In this document: positions 1 through 13,083 of the stretch, one piece after another
Position numbering within the stretch: the first letter of the stretch is position 1
How the letters are laid out: every line of letters begins with the position of its first letter
NCBI GenBank assembly: GCA_011109175.1
Contig: RDEW01000057.1
Location: forward strand, 217,206 to 261,906
Direction: 5' to 3'
Source: Dicyema japonicum
Lineage: Eukaryota > Animalia > Dicyemida
DNA: 44,701 nucleotides
Position numbers and translations under genes: made by a program
Notes under the pieces: model-generated
Told to the model about the DNA's origin: nothing
Database searches by the model: none
Seen by the model: the letters and a program-made list of their open reading frames with translations, nothing else

Positions 1-529
1 GTGATGTTAAGTGTAGTATTTGAAGAAGTACAATGTATTGCCTAATTTTACTAAAAGTTGTGATTTGCAGTCGATTGAGTATAATTATTGTAATTTGTGG
101 AATTTATCATTGGAAGAAGTACCAAATTGGATGGAAGTAATAGTATTGGTTAATGTAGACTTATTTGTCGATTGTGTTGTTTATAACAGATAATAGGATA
201 ATGACAGTGTATCCTCTGTATTTTGTAGAATATGAGATGGAATGTACATTAAAGGATAGTGATTTGTGTATATTAAGGAATAGTGTATGTGTTGGTGTAA
301 TATTTAGAGGACATTATTTAATTGTGATGATATTATTTCTGCTGTTCAACTTAATATTAAAAATGACACATCATCACGATATCATCGTTGTATTTAATTG
401 TCCTTAGTGTTCCTTTAACCTTACATTTTATAATCACTGAGAGATATAACAACACTAGGAGATGCTTTCAACCAGTTTGAGGAAAATTTGTGAAGTGATT
501 CCATTCTCTTGTAATGAAGGAAATTCTAT

Positions 530-1900
530 GGTTTCTCGTTCGCTACAGCCGTACTGATCGTGGTATCTACTCGAATCTCTGCAAATTTGAAATGTAACAT
601 TTGACCACTTCGTTATGCCACCCATCACCTGTGAACTGTTCAGCATTCTTCCGCACCTGGTGATTGGCAGTCTTCCTTGCTGAGTTGTAATGAATACATT
701 TAGTTTCTCCGTTATCAAAAAACAAGTTGCGATCCTGAAGCAGACGCAGCCTTCCTTCGGTTGCGGGGGAGTTATTTCCATGCAATAACCACTCAGCGAA
801 TTCAACAATATTTACTGTTCTTCAAACACTGATGTAGACCAGAGTCTGGGAGTTCCTTCTCAATTTTCTGCAGTATATGCCCCAATCCCTTTGCATCTAT
901 ACTTTCGAGAAATGAATTCTATGATAGTGTCCATGTGTGTTCTCTTGAATGTAGAATTTCATATCTTAGTAGTTAACCTCATCTTCCAAATCTCCATACA
1001 ATTGAAGAAGCATTTTTCAGCTTTGTGACTGACAGATTCGAGGTCCTCCGAGATAAATTCTTTGTTTGTCGGCGCGAGTGGATGTGGTCGTCAATACTCA
1101 ACATCAATCAAACCAATGTTGTTCATACTCGTTCATTGCTTGTTTACAAAGTTTCAATGTACTGAGTTTCAATCCGTCTTCGTAAAATTGTCTATTCGCA
1201 TGGATGCTTCCTTATAGATCTCCATAATTTATCCTTTCAGAACAATAGTTTTCTTATCTTCAAGAACTCCAATATTCATTCCATTAGGAATCGAGTTTTC
1301 TTAGAGATGACTTCTTCCACAACATTACCATTACATCACTTTGATGAGAAAACAGTTTACATCTTCCATATATAGGAGGTGATTAGTTGCATATGTGAGT
1401 TTCTAGTTTCATATGATCCCATGACCAGGATTTCTAGTCCCCTAGCAGAATTTTTCTTATTTTCTTCATTCCATCTCATTGAAATTTAAGCCTCCTTCTC
1501 CTGACATACATTAAGATTTTTTATAGAATCGTTTTCTATTCTATTCAAATCACCAATTTGATATTCTAAATCTCTTCCTTGATCCATAAACTTAGTTTCT
1601 TATTCACAATAATAATTTCATCACGCATAAAAAACAATACTTCGAAGTCTTTCCTCTTCGACCTATTAAAACCATATGAACACAAAGTATTGTTCCATGG
1701 AATTTTACTTTTTTGGGTACGCAGTTTCCACATTGTTCCAATTTTTGAACAAAACTCTAAGAATATCTCCTAAAATTGCAAATTTCTGCCATTTCCGATT
1801 TGAATATTTTCAAGTTAAGTTTTTATTTGAAACAGTCAAACGCTTAGTGAAAATCCAACGAACCGTCTTCAAATGTTGGGTTTAGTTGAGAATCCTTTGG
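530..1900 (-). mobile_element. Degenerate, internally deleted copy of the R4/Dong-like RT-RLE non-LTR retrotransposon
   Basis: Broken frames match the 32100-34985 ORF (HGNNSPATEGRLRLLQDRNLFFDNGETKC, TRCGRML, HNEVVKC, YATNHLLY, EIRVDTTIST). Multiple frameshifts and deletions. Confidence 0.9.
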
Positions 1901-1959
1901 GGGTAAACTCTGAAAGTGTGGTTAAATTGATGGAATTTGAGCGTTCTGTTTTAAACCCA

Positions 1960-3000
1960 CATGAAAGACTATTTTTTTAATAATGAGGCTTGATTTTTCT
2001 TTGGTCTCCAAGGTTTCAGAATTAATCATAAATGAGAAGGTTTCCATATAGACAGTATGATGTTTTCGTTAACTGATGTGTTAAACAGTCTTGTTATGAT
2101 GGCAATGCCCATTGTTCTCAGATTTTTCAGTAAAATAATGGGAATCCCATCTGCAGGAGAGACTTGTTCTAGTCTGTTTTAGTACATTTTCCCATTCCTC
2201 CAAGACAATGCAGTTGATATAGGCCGCCAGTTTATCAAGAAAAGAAAAACATATATAGGTTTTTAGCATGTTGTTAGTAGTTGATCAGTAGAGACTGACA
2301 CATTGGAGTTGTAGTACCAAGTGACTTTCCTCAGAACGAAAGTTTCTTTTTTGGACTTAAGAAGATTATGATGGCTGATTGAGTCATAAATGACCGACCA
2401 TGACTTTATTGAACTCAGGGAAGGAGAGATAGGAGTCGGTGGTAAGTAACTCTGTAGGGTGTTCTATTTTTTGATGAGTCGGAGTGATCGTCAATGAGTC
2501 CGTCTGTGATAGTGATATCAGTATCTCCCTCTTATGTCAGAGGGTTAACTTGATATCAAAAGTTGGTGCTTTGCATTCAAATCTCCACAGATGAGAACGT
2601 TTTTAAACAGAACAGATAGGTCAGGCATAACATATTTTTTCTGACACAAGCCAGATTGGTGAAGTATACGTTAACTAAGAAAATTTTTCCTTTTGAAATT
2701 GCAAATGATGTCCCAATAATTTCTATAACAACGTCATCTTCCAAGAGGTTCTTCACTTCTTAAAAAACGTCCAACCAGTTTATGTCTTTCCGATATATAG
2801 TTATGACCCCTGTTTATTCGTTCAATGTGACCGTATATAGTTGAAATCATCCGTGAAGCTGCGGCCTTGCTTGAAGTGTGTTTCCAGAGTGCGAGAGACC
2901 TCCCAAGAAGAATTAAGCTAAAAAGCCTAGAATATTATCAAAAATATAATTTAATAGAGCATCTCTGATAAAGAAAGATGAAATATTCATTGTCATTTCG
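1960..3000 (-). mobile_element. APE-type LINE remnant (endonuclease plus start of RT)
   Basis: Minus-strand motifs GVITIYRKDINW, VLICGDLNAKH and SPADGIPIILLKNL, interrupted by stops and frameshifts. Confidence 0.7.
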
Positions 3001-3269
3001 AATAAGGAAAAATGGGGATTAACAGTAAAATGACAACCAAAAGCAATTGTTCCAGTAATCAGTATAGGAATTCAATGTGGTTGGGAAGTTGAAGGGGGGC
3101 CGAGACAAAAAACAGCTTTGTTGTCGTCAATAATCCAAGAGGGATAGAGTTATGAATTGCATTTATGATTTTGTTTATATTGTCTTGTAAAACCTTATGG
3201 TGATTACAGCTGCTTCCACGTGGGTCACTGCCTACAATTGTAGTTATTGACATTTTTCTTAAAAGGGGA

Positions 3270-4020
3270 TTTTATTTATTTACTTCTGGTCCCTCCAAAT
3301 GGAAGAACTGGTCGTTAAAGTCATAACCATAGGTGGCCATTTTAGAGATTGGTAGTTTAACCACCCTTGTGAATTTCCGTTTTATTTATTGTATTAGTGC
3401 TTCCAGTTTGTGTACTCAAAGTTATAGCCGATGACCCTTTTATCATCCTGATTATAACTTTGTAGAGAAGAAAATGAAATTGTCAATGACCATGATGGAT
3501 TTGAATAGGTTAGTATCGGCTATTGCTGGTGGATTGGTATTTAAAGTCGCTTCCAAGAGTTTTTGAAAAGATCTTAGAATCGTCATTCGTAGCTGCTGTC
3601 ACCTGGTGTTCCAAATATTTTACAAAAGGGTCCCTAATCTCCCATAATGTTAGTCAGATATCAAATAGAATAATAATGTTATTTGACGTTGTAGTCCTTT
3701 TTACAGTTAGTGAATGAGTTCATTGGGAAAAGCGTAGTTATCGAACGGTAGGATCAGAGTACCTAGAATTTCTTGTATGATCCAAATAACTGCTTTATAA
3801 TCTATCCCTGAGAGCCATGACAATAACAGAGTGCAGTTTTTGTTAGGCATATATAGATTGAATAATTTTTTTAATTTCATTAGAAAAATGATAAAAGTTA
3901 TCTTCTAATTAAATGATCCCGGTGTCCATACCAATGCTTTACCTGCGGTTAGTTTTGAAGTCCAAGTTTCCTTATCTGACTCGATATGGAGTCCTGGATT
4001 GACTAAATCTGTTGAAAAAG
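3270..4020 (-). mobile_element. LINE 3' remnant(s)
   Basis: RKFTRVVKL-like ORF2 C-terminal trace. 3903-4000 aligns with the LINE 3' end at 19258-19330. Confidence 0.55.
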
Positions 4021-4094
4021 GAGAACCTCTAGTTATAAATATAATATTAAAAAAGTGAATTAATTAATATATTAATAATATTATTTAAATTGTT

Positions 4095-5526
4095 ATGAGA
4101 CTTTTCACGCCTGAGATTTCGTGGCATGAGAGAGAACCAGTAAACTCATTGGACTATCAACAGAAATACAAGGATTTCCCACGACTAGGGACAGTGGCTG
4201 TAGATGGGGCTGCACGTGTAATCTATAAATAATAACTATAAGATATGGAAAGTCAACATCAGTGAAAGTGGTAAGGTTGATGTTGAATATTTATCAACAA
4301 TTCGCAAAGACTGTGGTGCTCTCAATACAATCAGATTCTCCCCCGACGGTTTTTTGATTGCTTACATTTGCAGGTGAATATGTGGCCTTCTGTGGAGTCT
4401 GTTTGATTTGTTGTTATTATTAGCTGCCGTTATTTACATTGGACATCAGTCTATCATTGAAATTAAAACAGCCGGTTTTGGACAGATTGAGTCAGATAAG
4501 GAAACTTGGATATCTCGTAAGTCTCTGAGGTGGCACGTGGCTATATTATTAGGGGGCATTTGTACGACATTCAGTCTCTGCAGTGGTCAACCGACTCACA
4601 GAGAATTGTGTCTGGTTCTATTGATAATACTTTCATCGTGTGGAATGTTACTAAAGGTTTGTGTCATCAATCACACAGGCGAACCCATTAAAGTAGTCAG
4701 GGACAGTCGTGGATATGTTATGGGTGTGGCCTTTGACCCACGTGGACAGTTTATTACCTCAATTGGGAATGATAGAGTACTCCGTGTGTATAATACAAAA
4801 CTAAAAATGATAAATTCAGTGTACAATTACGTGAATGATGATTTAACCAAACGGAGACTTTGGTGTGATGAAAGTCACTGCAGTCTGTTTCGTAGAATGG
4901 AGTTTAGTAATGACGGACAATTACTTGTTGTCCCTTCTGGTTCTGCCCAACAAACAAACAAACGGGAACCTCAATTCGCTTCCTACATCTTTTCGCGGAA
5001 TAATTTTGCCAGGTTTGTTTATATTACTAGTGATAGACCTATTCTTCAGCTTCCCCACTTTTCTGTCCCCACCTGGGCTGTCAGATTTAACCCAAAGCTT
5101 TATAAACTACGTCAACCAGAGAATACTGGTCGTCCTTTGGGTTTACTGATTTGTGACTGTCAGGAAGTACTCCCTATCGACAAATATTTGCTGTTGCCTC
5201 ATTGAACGATGTCCTACTTTACGATACTGAACATATCACTCCCTTTGCTTTTATTGGGGACTTTCACTGTACGCCACTGAGTGACCTTGCTTGGTTTGGC
5301 GGTTTTTTATTGTAGGTCTCCTGATGGCAGGATTTTGGCTGTCTCCTCAACTGACGGGTTCATTTCCTTTGTAGAGTTTGAGGAGGATGAGTTGGGTAGT
5401 GAGTACACTGAGGCTGTCTGTGATATTGTTGATGATGAGGACATTGAAGAGACTATAATATCTGAGCCTAAGAGAAGAAAATTTGAATTGTCTACTTTGT
5501 CATCATTTAAATCCTCTGATGATTAG
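4095..5526 (+). CDS. CHAF1B: Chromatin assembly factor 1 subunit B (CAF-1 p60/Cac2), WD40 protein, 414 aa, 9 exons
   Basis: Exons 4095-4217, 4243-4348, 4374-4400, 4424-4529, 4553-4656, 4679-5012, 5037-5140, 5164-5293, 5316-5526 (1245 nt, in frame). Eight GT-AG introns of 25, 25, 23, 23, 22, 24, 23, 22 nt. Motifs MRLFTPEISWHEREPV, SLRGHLYDI, DRVLRVY, FRRMEFSNDG, PYRQIFAVAS, SDLAWSPDG, SSTDGFISF and a C-terminal KRRKFELSTL resembling the Asf1-binding motif. Confidence 0.95.
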
Positions 5527-6774
5527 TAATATATTGTGTTTTATATTATTTTGATTTGTTTATTCGATTTCTTAGTTTTGGTTTTATTCATTATCCTTGG
5601 ATGGATCGAGAAATAACTAATTAAATTTATCAAGTTCACACTGTCACAGAATCAGAGACATTCCAATGTCACATATAAATTCATTCAGAACCAGGGGAAT
5701 AAAAAACATCCACTCTTTGCAGTTGTGGGAGCCCCTTAGAGCAAATGATCTTTTATAATTCCTTGGTACAAAGCGTCACCTAGGATAGTTGTATCATATG
5801 AAGTCACAAGGAAAAGGAGAGAAACCTTCTATAACATTCTAACCACATCAAATTGATTAAACACTACTGATATACATTTTGTTGACCACGTGTAGGACTA
5901 ATTTAGCATTGAGGTTATGTATTTATAATTATATTTGGTTTGATGTTATTTATTTAACACAAAGAAATAAGTTAAATACAATCCAACAATCCAAGTGATA
6001 GTTGTATGGAATCTCCGGCATTCCTTTAAAGGTAATTTCTACTTTCCCATAAAAAGCCGTTTTTAATTTGAGAGGATATCTCTTCTTGATTATACGACTT
6101 GTAATAAAACTTGTCTAGTAGACTTGATTGTATGTCACTTTAATAATTTAATCTGAACTAAATTGTTTTCATTGACATTCAAATAGCCGCTAAGCATTAT
6201 CAAATTTGAATGGATAATAAACTACTTAATATTACAATTTGTATTCGCCATAAAGTAGTAATCACTCCACATGGAAAGACGACGAGGTACTATTGTTGTC
6301 ACAAGACCACAGTTAAAGTAAAAGAATGTNAATAAGTTAAATACAATCCAAGTGATAGTTGTATGGAATCACCGGCATTCCTTTAAAGGTAATTTCTACT
6401 TTCCCATAAAAAGCCGTTTTTAATTTGAGAAGATATCTCTTCTTGATTATACGACTTGTAATAAAACTTGTCTAGTAGACTTGATTGTATGTCACTTTAA
6501 TAATTTAATCTGAACTAAATTGTTTTCATTGACATTCAAATAGCCGCTAAGCATTATCAATATTGAATGGATAATAAACTACTTAATATTACAATTTGTA
6601 TTCGCCATAAAGTAGTAATCACTCCACATGGAAAGACGACGAGGTATTATTATTGTCACAGGACCACAGTTAAAGGAAAAGAATGTCGAAACCTATTTAA
6701 ATACTAATAAATAATATATAATAAATATAATTAATATGTTATAATTTAAAAATATATCTATAGTAATAGCGTTA

Positions 6775-7159
6775 ATGGCATCAGCAAAAGTATAGTAAAT
6801 ATATATTATAGAGAGAAGAATTTAGAAGATATTTAGAGAAAGGACAAGTAATAAGTGAACTCACTAAAGGTTACAATTTGGCATTATTTGATAGTCCTTG
6901 TCAATTTGTATGAGGAAACAAAGAAGCCTAATCAACCAATGGAGTATTCATTATCTATATTTAGATATATTAGACAGATGATAGGAGAACCATTGGGGGA
7001 TGTCTCAGAGTTGGAAAGACTGAGGACTGAAAACTCTGAGTTATCTATAAAAATAGAACAATTAACAGCCGAGAATCAAAGATTACAGGAATTGGTATTA
7101 TTTCGTATTATTAATATATTTCTAATAATCCTGACATGGATGGACTTAATGGGGAATAA
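6775..7159 (+). CDS. MYCBP: c-Myc-binding protein (AMY-1) homolog, about 97 aa
   Basis: Exons 6775-6789, 6812-6869, 6895-6943, 6965-7094 and probably 7118-7159. Introns 22, 25, 21 nt (GT-AG) plus a putative 23-nt GT-AT. The product REEFRRYLEKGQVISELTKVLVNLYEETKKPNQPMEYIRQ matches the MYCBP N-terminus, followed by a coiled coil. The 3' end is uncertain. Confidence 0.88.
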
Positions 7160-8039
7160 TTAACTTAAATATTTCACTTAATATAATTAAACAAACACGT
7201 GTCTTTTATAGGTGACATTATTGCATAAAGTTATTGTTTAGGAATATATATTTTATATCCCACTACCTTAACCACCGATAGGTCACAACTATGTCCTCGT
7301 TACACTCTGAGTTGTCTTCAAGTTATTTGATCAAGGACATTAAGAAAAAATGTGTCAACCAATTAATTAATCCCAACTTTTAGTAACTCATGAACTCTTT
7401 ACGAGTGAATAGCAACTAATGCTCTTTCTTATAAAGGAAGATGAAGGGACTACCACCGGAGCGAGTTATGCTTCATTCTCGAGAATGAAAGGACGAATCT
7501 CTAGGAAGAATGGTCGGACCAGTGACCTGATGACAAAAACATGGTGATCTGGATAACAGGAGGGGGACTTTTTGTGCAGTATACTTTAAACATTTCACTT
7601 TCGAAGCCCCTTAGTCATGATTCTTTAAGCGTGACGAATAACGTGTGATTCCGAGAATCTTCTGGCATCTTGTAAATGTGATGCNTCTCGAGAATGAAAG
7701 GACGAATCTCTAGGAGGAATGGTCAGACCAGTGACCTGATGACAAAAACATGGTGATCTGGATAACAGGAGGAGGACTTTTTGTGCAGTATACCTAAAAC
7801 ATTTCACTTTCGAAGCCCCTTAGTCATGATTCCTAAAGCGTGACGAATAACGTGTGATTCCGAGAATCTTCTGGCATCTTGTAAATGTGATGCGGATATC
7901 GCTGTGGAACTCCTATCTGTAGTTAAATGGGTAAACTGAGATTTTTGATATAAATTACACTTTAATTTTAGACTAACAAGACTTTGTATACTTACTCATC
8001 TTTATTTCAAACTTATGGGTTTGTATATCAGTTAGTCCA

Positions 8040-9620
8040 CTCAAGTTTAGATATTTAGGCAATAGAGGTACCTCATTATGACCACAATCGGCTTGTCTTT
8101 ACTATAAACTAATAGACTTGCTATCGAGAATACAAAAAGATTTGAGACTCCGGGCTGAGTACACCAAATGTCCATAAAAGAAATCATTATTAAAATAAAA
8201 TGAACTCTAACTTGAGGAACATAAAAAAAAAGTACGCTTGCTCCACGAGAGGACACTTGGACAGTACGCACAGGAGGTTGAGAAACTTAATTTTGTCTCG
8301 GATAGTTCAGAGCAATCCGGTTATAAAACAGAGCGTATTGACAAGAATAGAAGACGAATAATAGACAAAAGATTTGCAGAGAATATTGCTNGGCTTGTCT
8401 TTACTATAAACTAATAGACTTGCTATCGAGAACACAAAAAGATTTGAGACTCCGGGCTGAGTCCACCAAATGTCCAAAAAAGAAATCATTATTAAAATAA
8501 AATGAACTCTAACTTGAGGAACATAAAGAAAAGAGTACGCTTGCTCCACGAGAAAACACTTGGACAGTACGCACAAGAGGTTGAGAAACTTAATTTTGTC
8601 TCGGATAGTTCAGAGCAATCCGGTTATAAAACAGAGCGTATTGACAAGAATAGAAGACGAATAATAGACAAAAAATTTGCAGAGAATATTGCTGATCACT
8701 TTGAATTGCTCTTCAGGGGTGACGACGAACTCATAACTCAATTTGTCGGACACCACAGATCTTCGACTAAGCCAACTATGATGGCAAAGATACACACGGC
8801 TCTGCAAAATTTAAACAACAACAGGAGTTATAGAATTGATGGTATCAACAGGGAACTTCTAAACATTCGCCGCCCTCACTGGCTTATCTATCACCTATGC
8901 AGCATGCTAAATAACATTTTTATTAAACACATGCCTGTCCCACTAGGGTAGGGAATTCTGATACCTATACAGAACATGGAAAGCCGATTGGACTGTTAGA
9001 AAATCTCAGGCCTATAATCCTTCTAACAACTCTACGGAAACTACTATCTTTGATTGTTCTGGATAGGATTTCTCCCACTGTTGACGAATATCTGTCTCTG
9101 AGCCAAAGTGGATTCAGAAGAAGAAGGTCCACGCTGGATATAGCATGGACACATAGATGGATATGCGCCATGACGCAGAGATTCCAGAAGGCTGTTCACG
9201 TACTGAGGATTGATCTCTCCCGAGCGTTCAATACTGGACGCAGAGGGAAACTAATGGTGTTACTTGGCAGATTCCTGCACTTGATGGGGACTATTTGGAC
9301 ATATCTTGGCGATTGATCCTGCTGCTCCAGCAAATGAGGGCATGGAATCGTATTTCCTATCGTCTGTCTAATATATTTCTTAGACACTAGTCCATTTCGA
9401 GGCAGACCATGGACTCCCTTTCTACTAACCATAAGTAATGACCTAATAATGTCAAAATGCGACTGGAAAATGCTGATAACTTAGACGACCTCCTAAAAAT
9501 TACTCAAAAGCAATTTGCTCTGGTGCTCCGCGTTTCCGTCGTCGACCAATGGATAGTCTACCTACCATTTTTGATGAAGATCTTAAGGAAATAATGAGAC
9601 TCCTCAAGGACAGGTAAGAC
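8040..9620 (+). mobile_element. RTE-like LINE ORF pseudogene (post-APE region and RT N-terminal half)
   Basis: DHNRLV, IDGINRELL, SQSGFRRRRSTLDIAWTHRW and VLRIDLSRAFNT, with stops and frameshifts. Confidence 0.85.
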
Positions 9621-10346
9621 CTCTACAGGCTGTGAGACGAGGCAAAGAATCGATTTCTCGTGTTGCATAGTATGTCTCTATAACAATATAAGTCTCGGAG
9701 AGAAGTAAGGACACAAATCACGATCACTGATTCCACTTCCAGTTATTTGCGATAGAAATGTTTTCAAAAATATAAAGGAGGTACGTGAATAGTGACCACA
9801 ATAAACGATCTAATTGTCATAATAAATTCCACGTTATTGCTTGTTATGGTTTCTTCGTCTTCAGATGTCACGAAAACAAACTGTGTCAACTGTGGATCTT
9901 CTAAACACGGGATCAGATATGGAGGATTCCCAGGAACCTTCAAAGATGCACGCGGAATATTCCTGTTGAAGATCAGAGTTATGTTGTTTTCGTTTTTACC
10001 TGGTAGTCGCTGATATTGTTTACTTTACAATTTTGTTTGGGAGACTTCAGCTGGCAAAGTCAGTTGGAAAACACAACACGCGACTGTCAGCTATATTTTA
10101 ATCTTTGTTGACATGTTCGGTCCCCGAAGAATGGAAACTGATGGAGGAATATCTGCTTAAACCATTCACCCACTTGCTCGTTGGCCACCATCCTTGTGAG
10201 GACACATTCTGCCATAGTAATCGACTTTTTGTATGTAATTTCAAAAGATGTGAACAAACTGATTTATTATAAAATGTGTGACGAATCTAAGCAGACAAAA
10301 TATCAAACATAAGTAGTCATCTGACCACCAAGTATCTATTACCTCA

Positions 10347-10400
10347 GGATCACTGGGTTAAAGGAAAAAGACAAAGTTCCCAACTACGTGATTTCAGACC
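10347..10400 (-). mobile_element. Isolated LINE 3' terminus (hairpin family)
   Basis: GGATCACTGGGT...AAGTTCC...GTGAT motif shared with 12870-12915 and 41279-41332. Confidence 0.55.
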
Positions 10401-11689
10401 TACACGGGGGAGGAGGCATCTATACGTTAATTAACAACCCCAATGAATTAGTAGAGAAATATACCAAAAATAGAAAATAAAAAGACAAAGTTCCCAACTA
10501 CGTGATTTCAGACCTACACGGGGGAGGAGGCATCTATACGTTAATTAACAACCCCAATGAATCAGTAGAGAAATATACCAAAAATAGAAAATTTTAATCC
10601 TACATTCATTTCCCATTATTTACTTTAGGGTTTGTTAAGTCATCACTTTAAGGCTCAATTACTTTTAGAAGATGGCTTTCTTGAAACCCTCTGAGTGTCC
10701 TTGTCTTTCCTAACATTGAGGGACTACAAATTTTTTTGTTAGGAGTGTTATGTACATTCATACAAAAACATGTTAAAGACGTCTGTGATGAACTGGGAGG
10801 CAGATCCCAAATGAAAATCTTTCTCAGAAGGTTCCGTTGTTAGTCTGAAATTCAGATCGAAACAAAGATACGGAAATAATGAAGTTTCAGCAGGAGTTGC
10901 TTGATAGGGAAATAACAAATCAACTCCGTCAGTTCTGGCACAATCACTAGAATTTTACAATAGTGGGACTAAGGACACATGATTCTTTCCATGAAAGAAT
11001 CTTATAATTTGATAAGCTAGTGACACTAGGGATCTAACGTAAAGAACAACAACCGACTCAAAGACCACCATCAAAACGTTTTTCTTTTCCAGAATCTTGA
11101 TTTGTCAATAAAATTAGAAATTCTATCAATCTCGTCTTTTTAGACCTGTTATATCCAGATGAACATAAAATATTCAACATTTTGTCTTCTATCCACTTTT
11201 TGAAATCAGGTTAGTGAACCACTATAAGGAACACTCGATGGGGACTATTTGTAAATATATTTGGAATGGATCCTACTGCTCCAGCAAATGAAATTTAGAC
11301 GATCTCCAAAAAATCGCAATCTCAAAAAAAGCATGAAGGCGTCTGACTGCACAGATTATCCGGGGTGCGGCACAAGTGACGTCAATGAACAGATAGATAA
11401 TTTTATTAACATAACAAACTCGTTACTAATTAAACAGGTAGAAGCCAATGAGTTTGTCTTAGTTGATGGGTCTAATCTCCTCTTCAAATTATTGATCCCT
11501 TGCACCAAACAAGATTTATTTTATCAAGTGGTGCAATTTTTTAAATAGACCTTACGCGTATCTCATTTTAACATCGCGATAGCTTTTTTCCTTTTATTCT
11601 TGGTCTAATATTTGGTTCCGAGAACGTATCTCGTTGGCTATTGTTAGGGGAAATAGCATGGCTATTCAGATGCCTTAATTTAAATTCAT

Positions 11690-12830
11690 TTGATAATAAA
11701 ATTATTTGTAAAAAAATCTATAAAAGAACCCTTCGAGTTAACACAAACACCAAGATATTGCAATTGATCCATATATTTGATTGCTCCACTATTAACACAA
11801 ATTATTGACTTATTTCTGTTATTCACAATCCAGGAAACAGTACATTTTTCTAGAGAAAAAATCTATAAAAGAACCCTTCGAGTTAACACAAACACCAAGA
11901 TATTGCAATTGATCCATATATTTGATTGCTCCACTATTAACACAAATTATTGACTTATTTCTGTTACTCACAATCCAGGAAACAGTACATATTTCTAGAT
12001 ATAAGCATAAACCTTTATCACCAACATTTAATTTTTCCAATTTGAAACATGTTTTCGAGGGAATCGATTTATTTATAAGATCTAGCAAGATTACGTCATC
12101 CGAATAAAAAGAAGACTAGTATTAATATTCCCCGGACGTGGAGAACTCGCCATGAATATATTAAACAAAATAGGTCTTAATACCGAACCTTTTGGTACTC
12201 CCCCGATTTATTTATAAGATCTAGCAAGATTACGTCATCCGAATAAAAAGAAGACTAGTATTAATATTCCCTGGACGTGGAGAACTCGCCATGAATATAT
12301 TAAACAAAATAGGTCTCAATACCGAACCTTTTGGTACTCCTCTCTTGAATGATATTGCATCGGATATATTTCCAAACACTTTCACAAAAGATTGTCTTTC
12401 CTGAAGATAATTTCTTAGCCAAACAAATAGGTATCTTGAAACACATGCTGATACAAGCTGCTTTAACAACGCTTCATGCATACACTGTCGAATGCTTTCG
12501 AGATGTCAAGACATAATAAGTTTATTTGCCTTTGGAATTCTTTGCTTTCATGATTTCAAAATTCAGTAGAAAGAAACAGTCTACACAGCCTCTTCCGGGA
12601 CGAAAACCCCACTTCTCCGGAATCAGAAAGTCATTCTCTTCTATATTTCTGCTTATCCTTTTGTTCATTCAATTTCGCGAAAAAACATATTAAGCTAATT
12701 GGTCTGTAGCTTGCCGGATCCCTCTTTGGCTTCCCTGGTTTTGGAATCATCCTCACAACAGCTTTCTTCCATATTAAAAGGATCATCCTCAAACGTATCT
12801 TATAACTTTCTTGTTTTTGCTAATGTGTAT
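11690..12830 (-). mobile_element. I/Jockey-like LINE reverse transcriptase remnant
   Basis: WKKAVVRMIPKPGKPKRDPASYRPISL, WLRNYLQERQS, GVPKGSVLRPILFNIFM, IKYMDQLQYLGV. Confidence 0.85.
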
Positions 12831-12849
12831 AATAATAAACACTTGTAGT

Positions 12850-12960
12850 AATTATTATTATTATCCCTAGGATCACTGGGTCAAAGAGAAAAGTTCTCAT
12901 CTAACTAAGTGATCCCAGACCGACAAAGGTAAAGACGAGTCCGGCAGGGTCGAGAATCCT
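12850..12960 (-). mobile_element. 5'-truncated LINE 3' end with (TAA)n tail
   Basis: Minus strand reads GGGATCACTTAGTTAGATGAGAACTTTTCTCTTTGACCCAGTGATCCTAGGG(ATA)n and is homologous to the end of the 41279-42250 LINE. Confidence 0.7.
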
Positions 12961-13083
12961 GAACAGCTTTTCTCATTTAGTAATTCTTTAATAATGTCAA
13001 AAAAATCCCAAATTTTATTAAAAATTAATTATTAAACACAATTAAATGAATAAATAATATATTCAAATTAAAGTTAAAGTGAA

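Noticed and set aside
1-440. Strongly C-poor plus strand and an 80-aa ORF (165-407)
   Set aside because: No recognisable protein on either strand, even allowing micro-introns; no context beyond the window edge.
5640-6700. Possible minus-strand gene divergent from MYCBP
   Set aside because: Some exon-like stretches, but I could not build a consistent spliced ORF or recognise a family. Part of the region is a duplication at an N.
7527-7533. CTGATGA hammerhead-like core (also in the duplicate near 7736 and on the minus strand near 40240)
   Set aside because: No GAAA or stem II/III arrangement.
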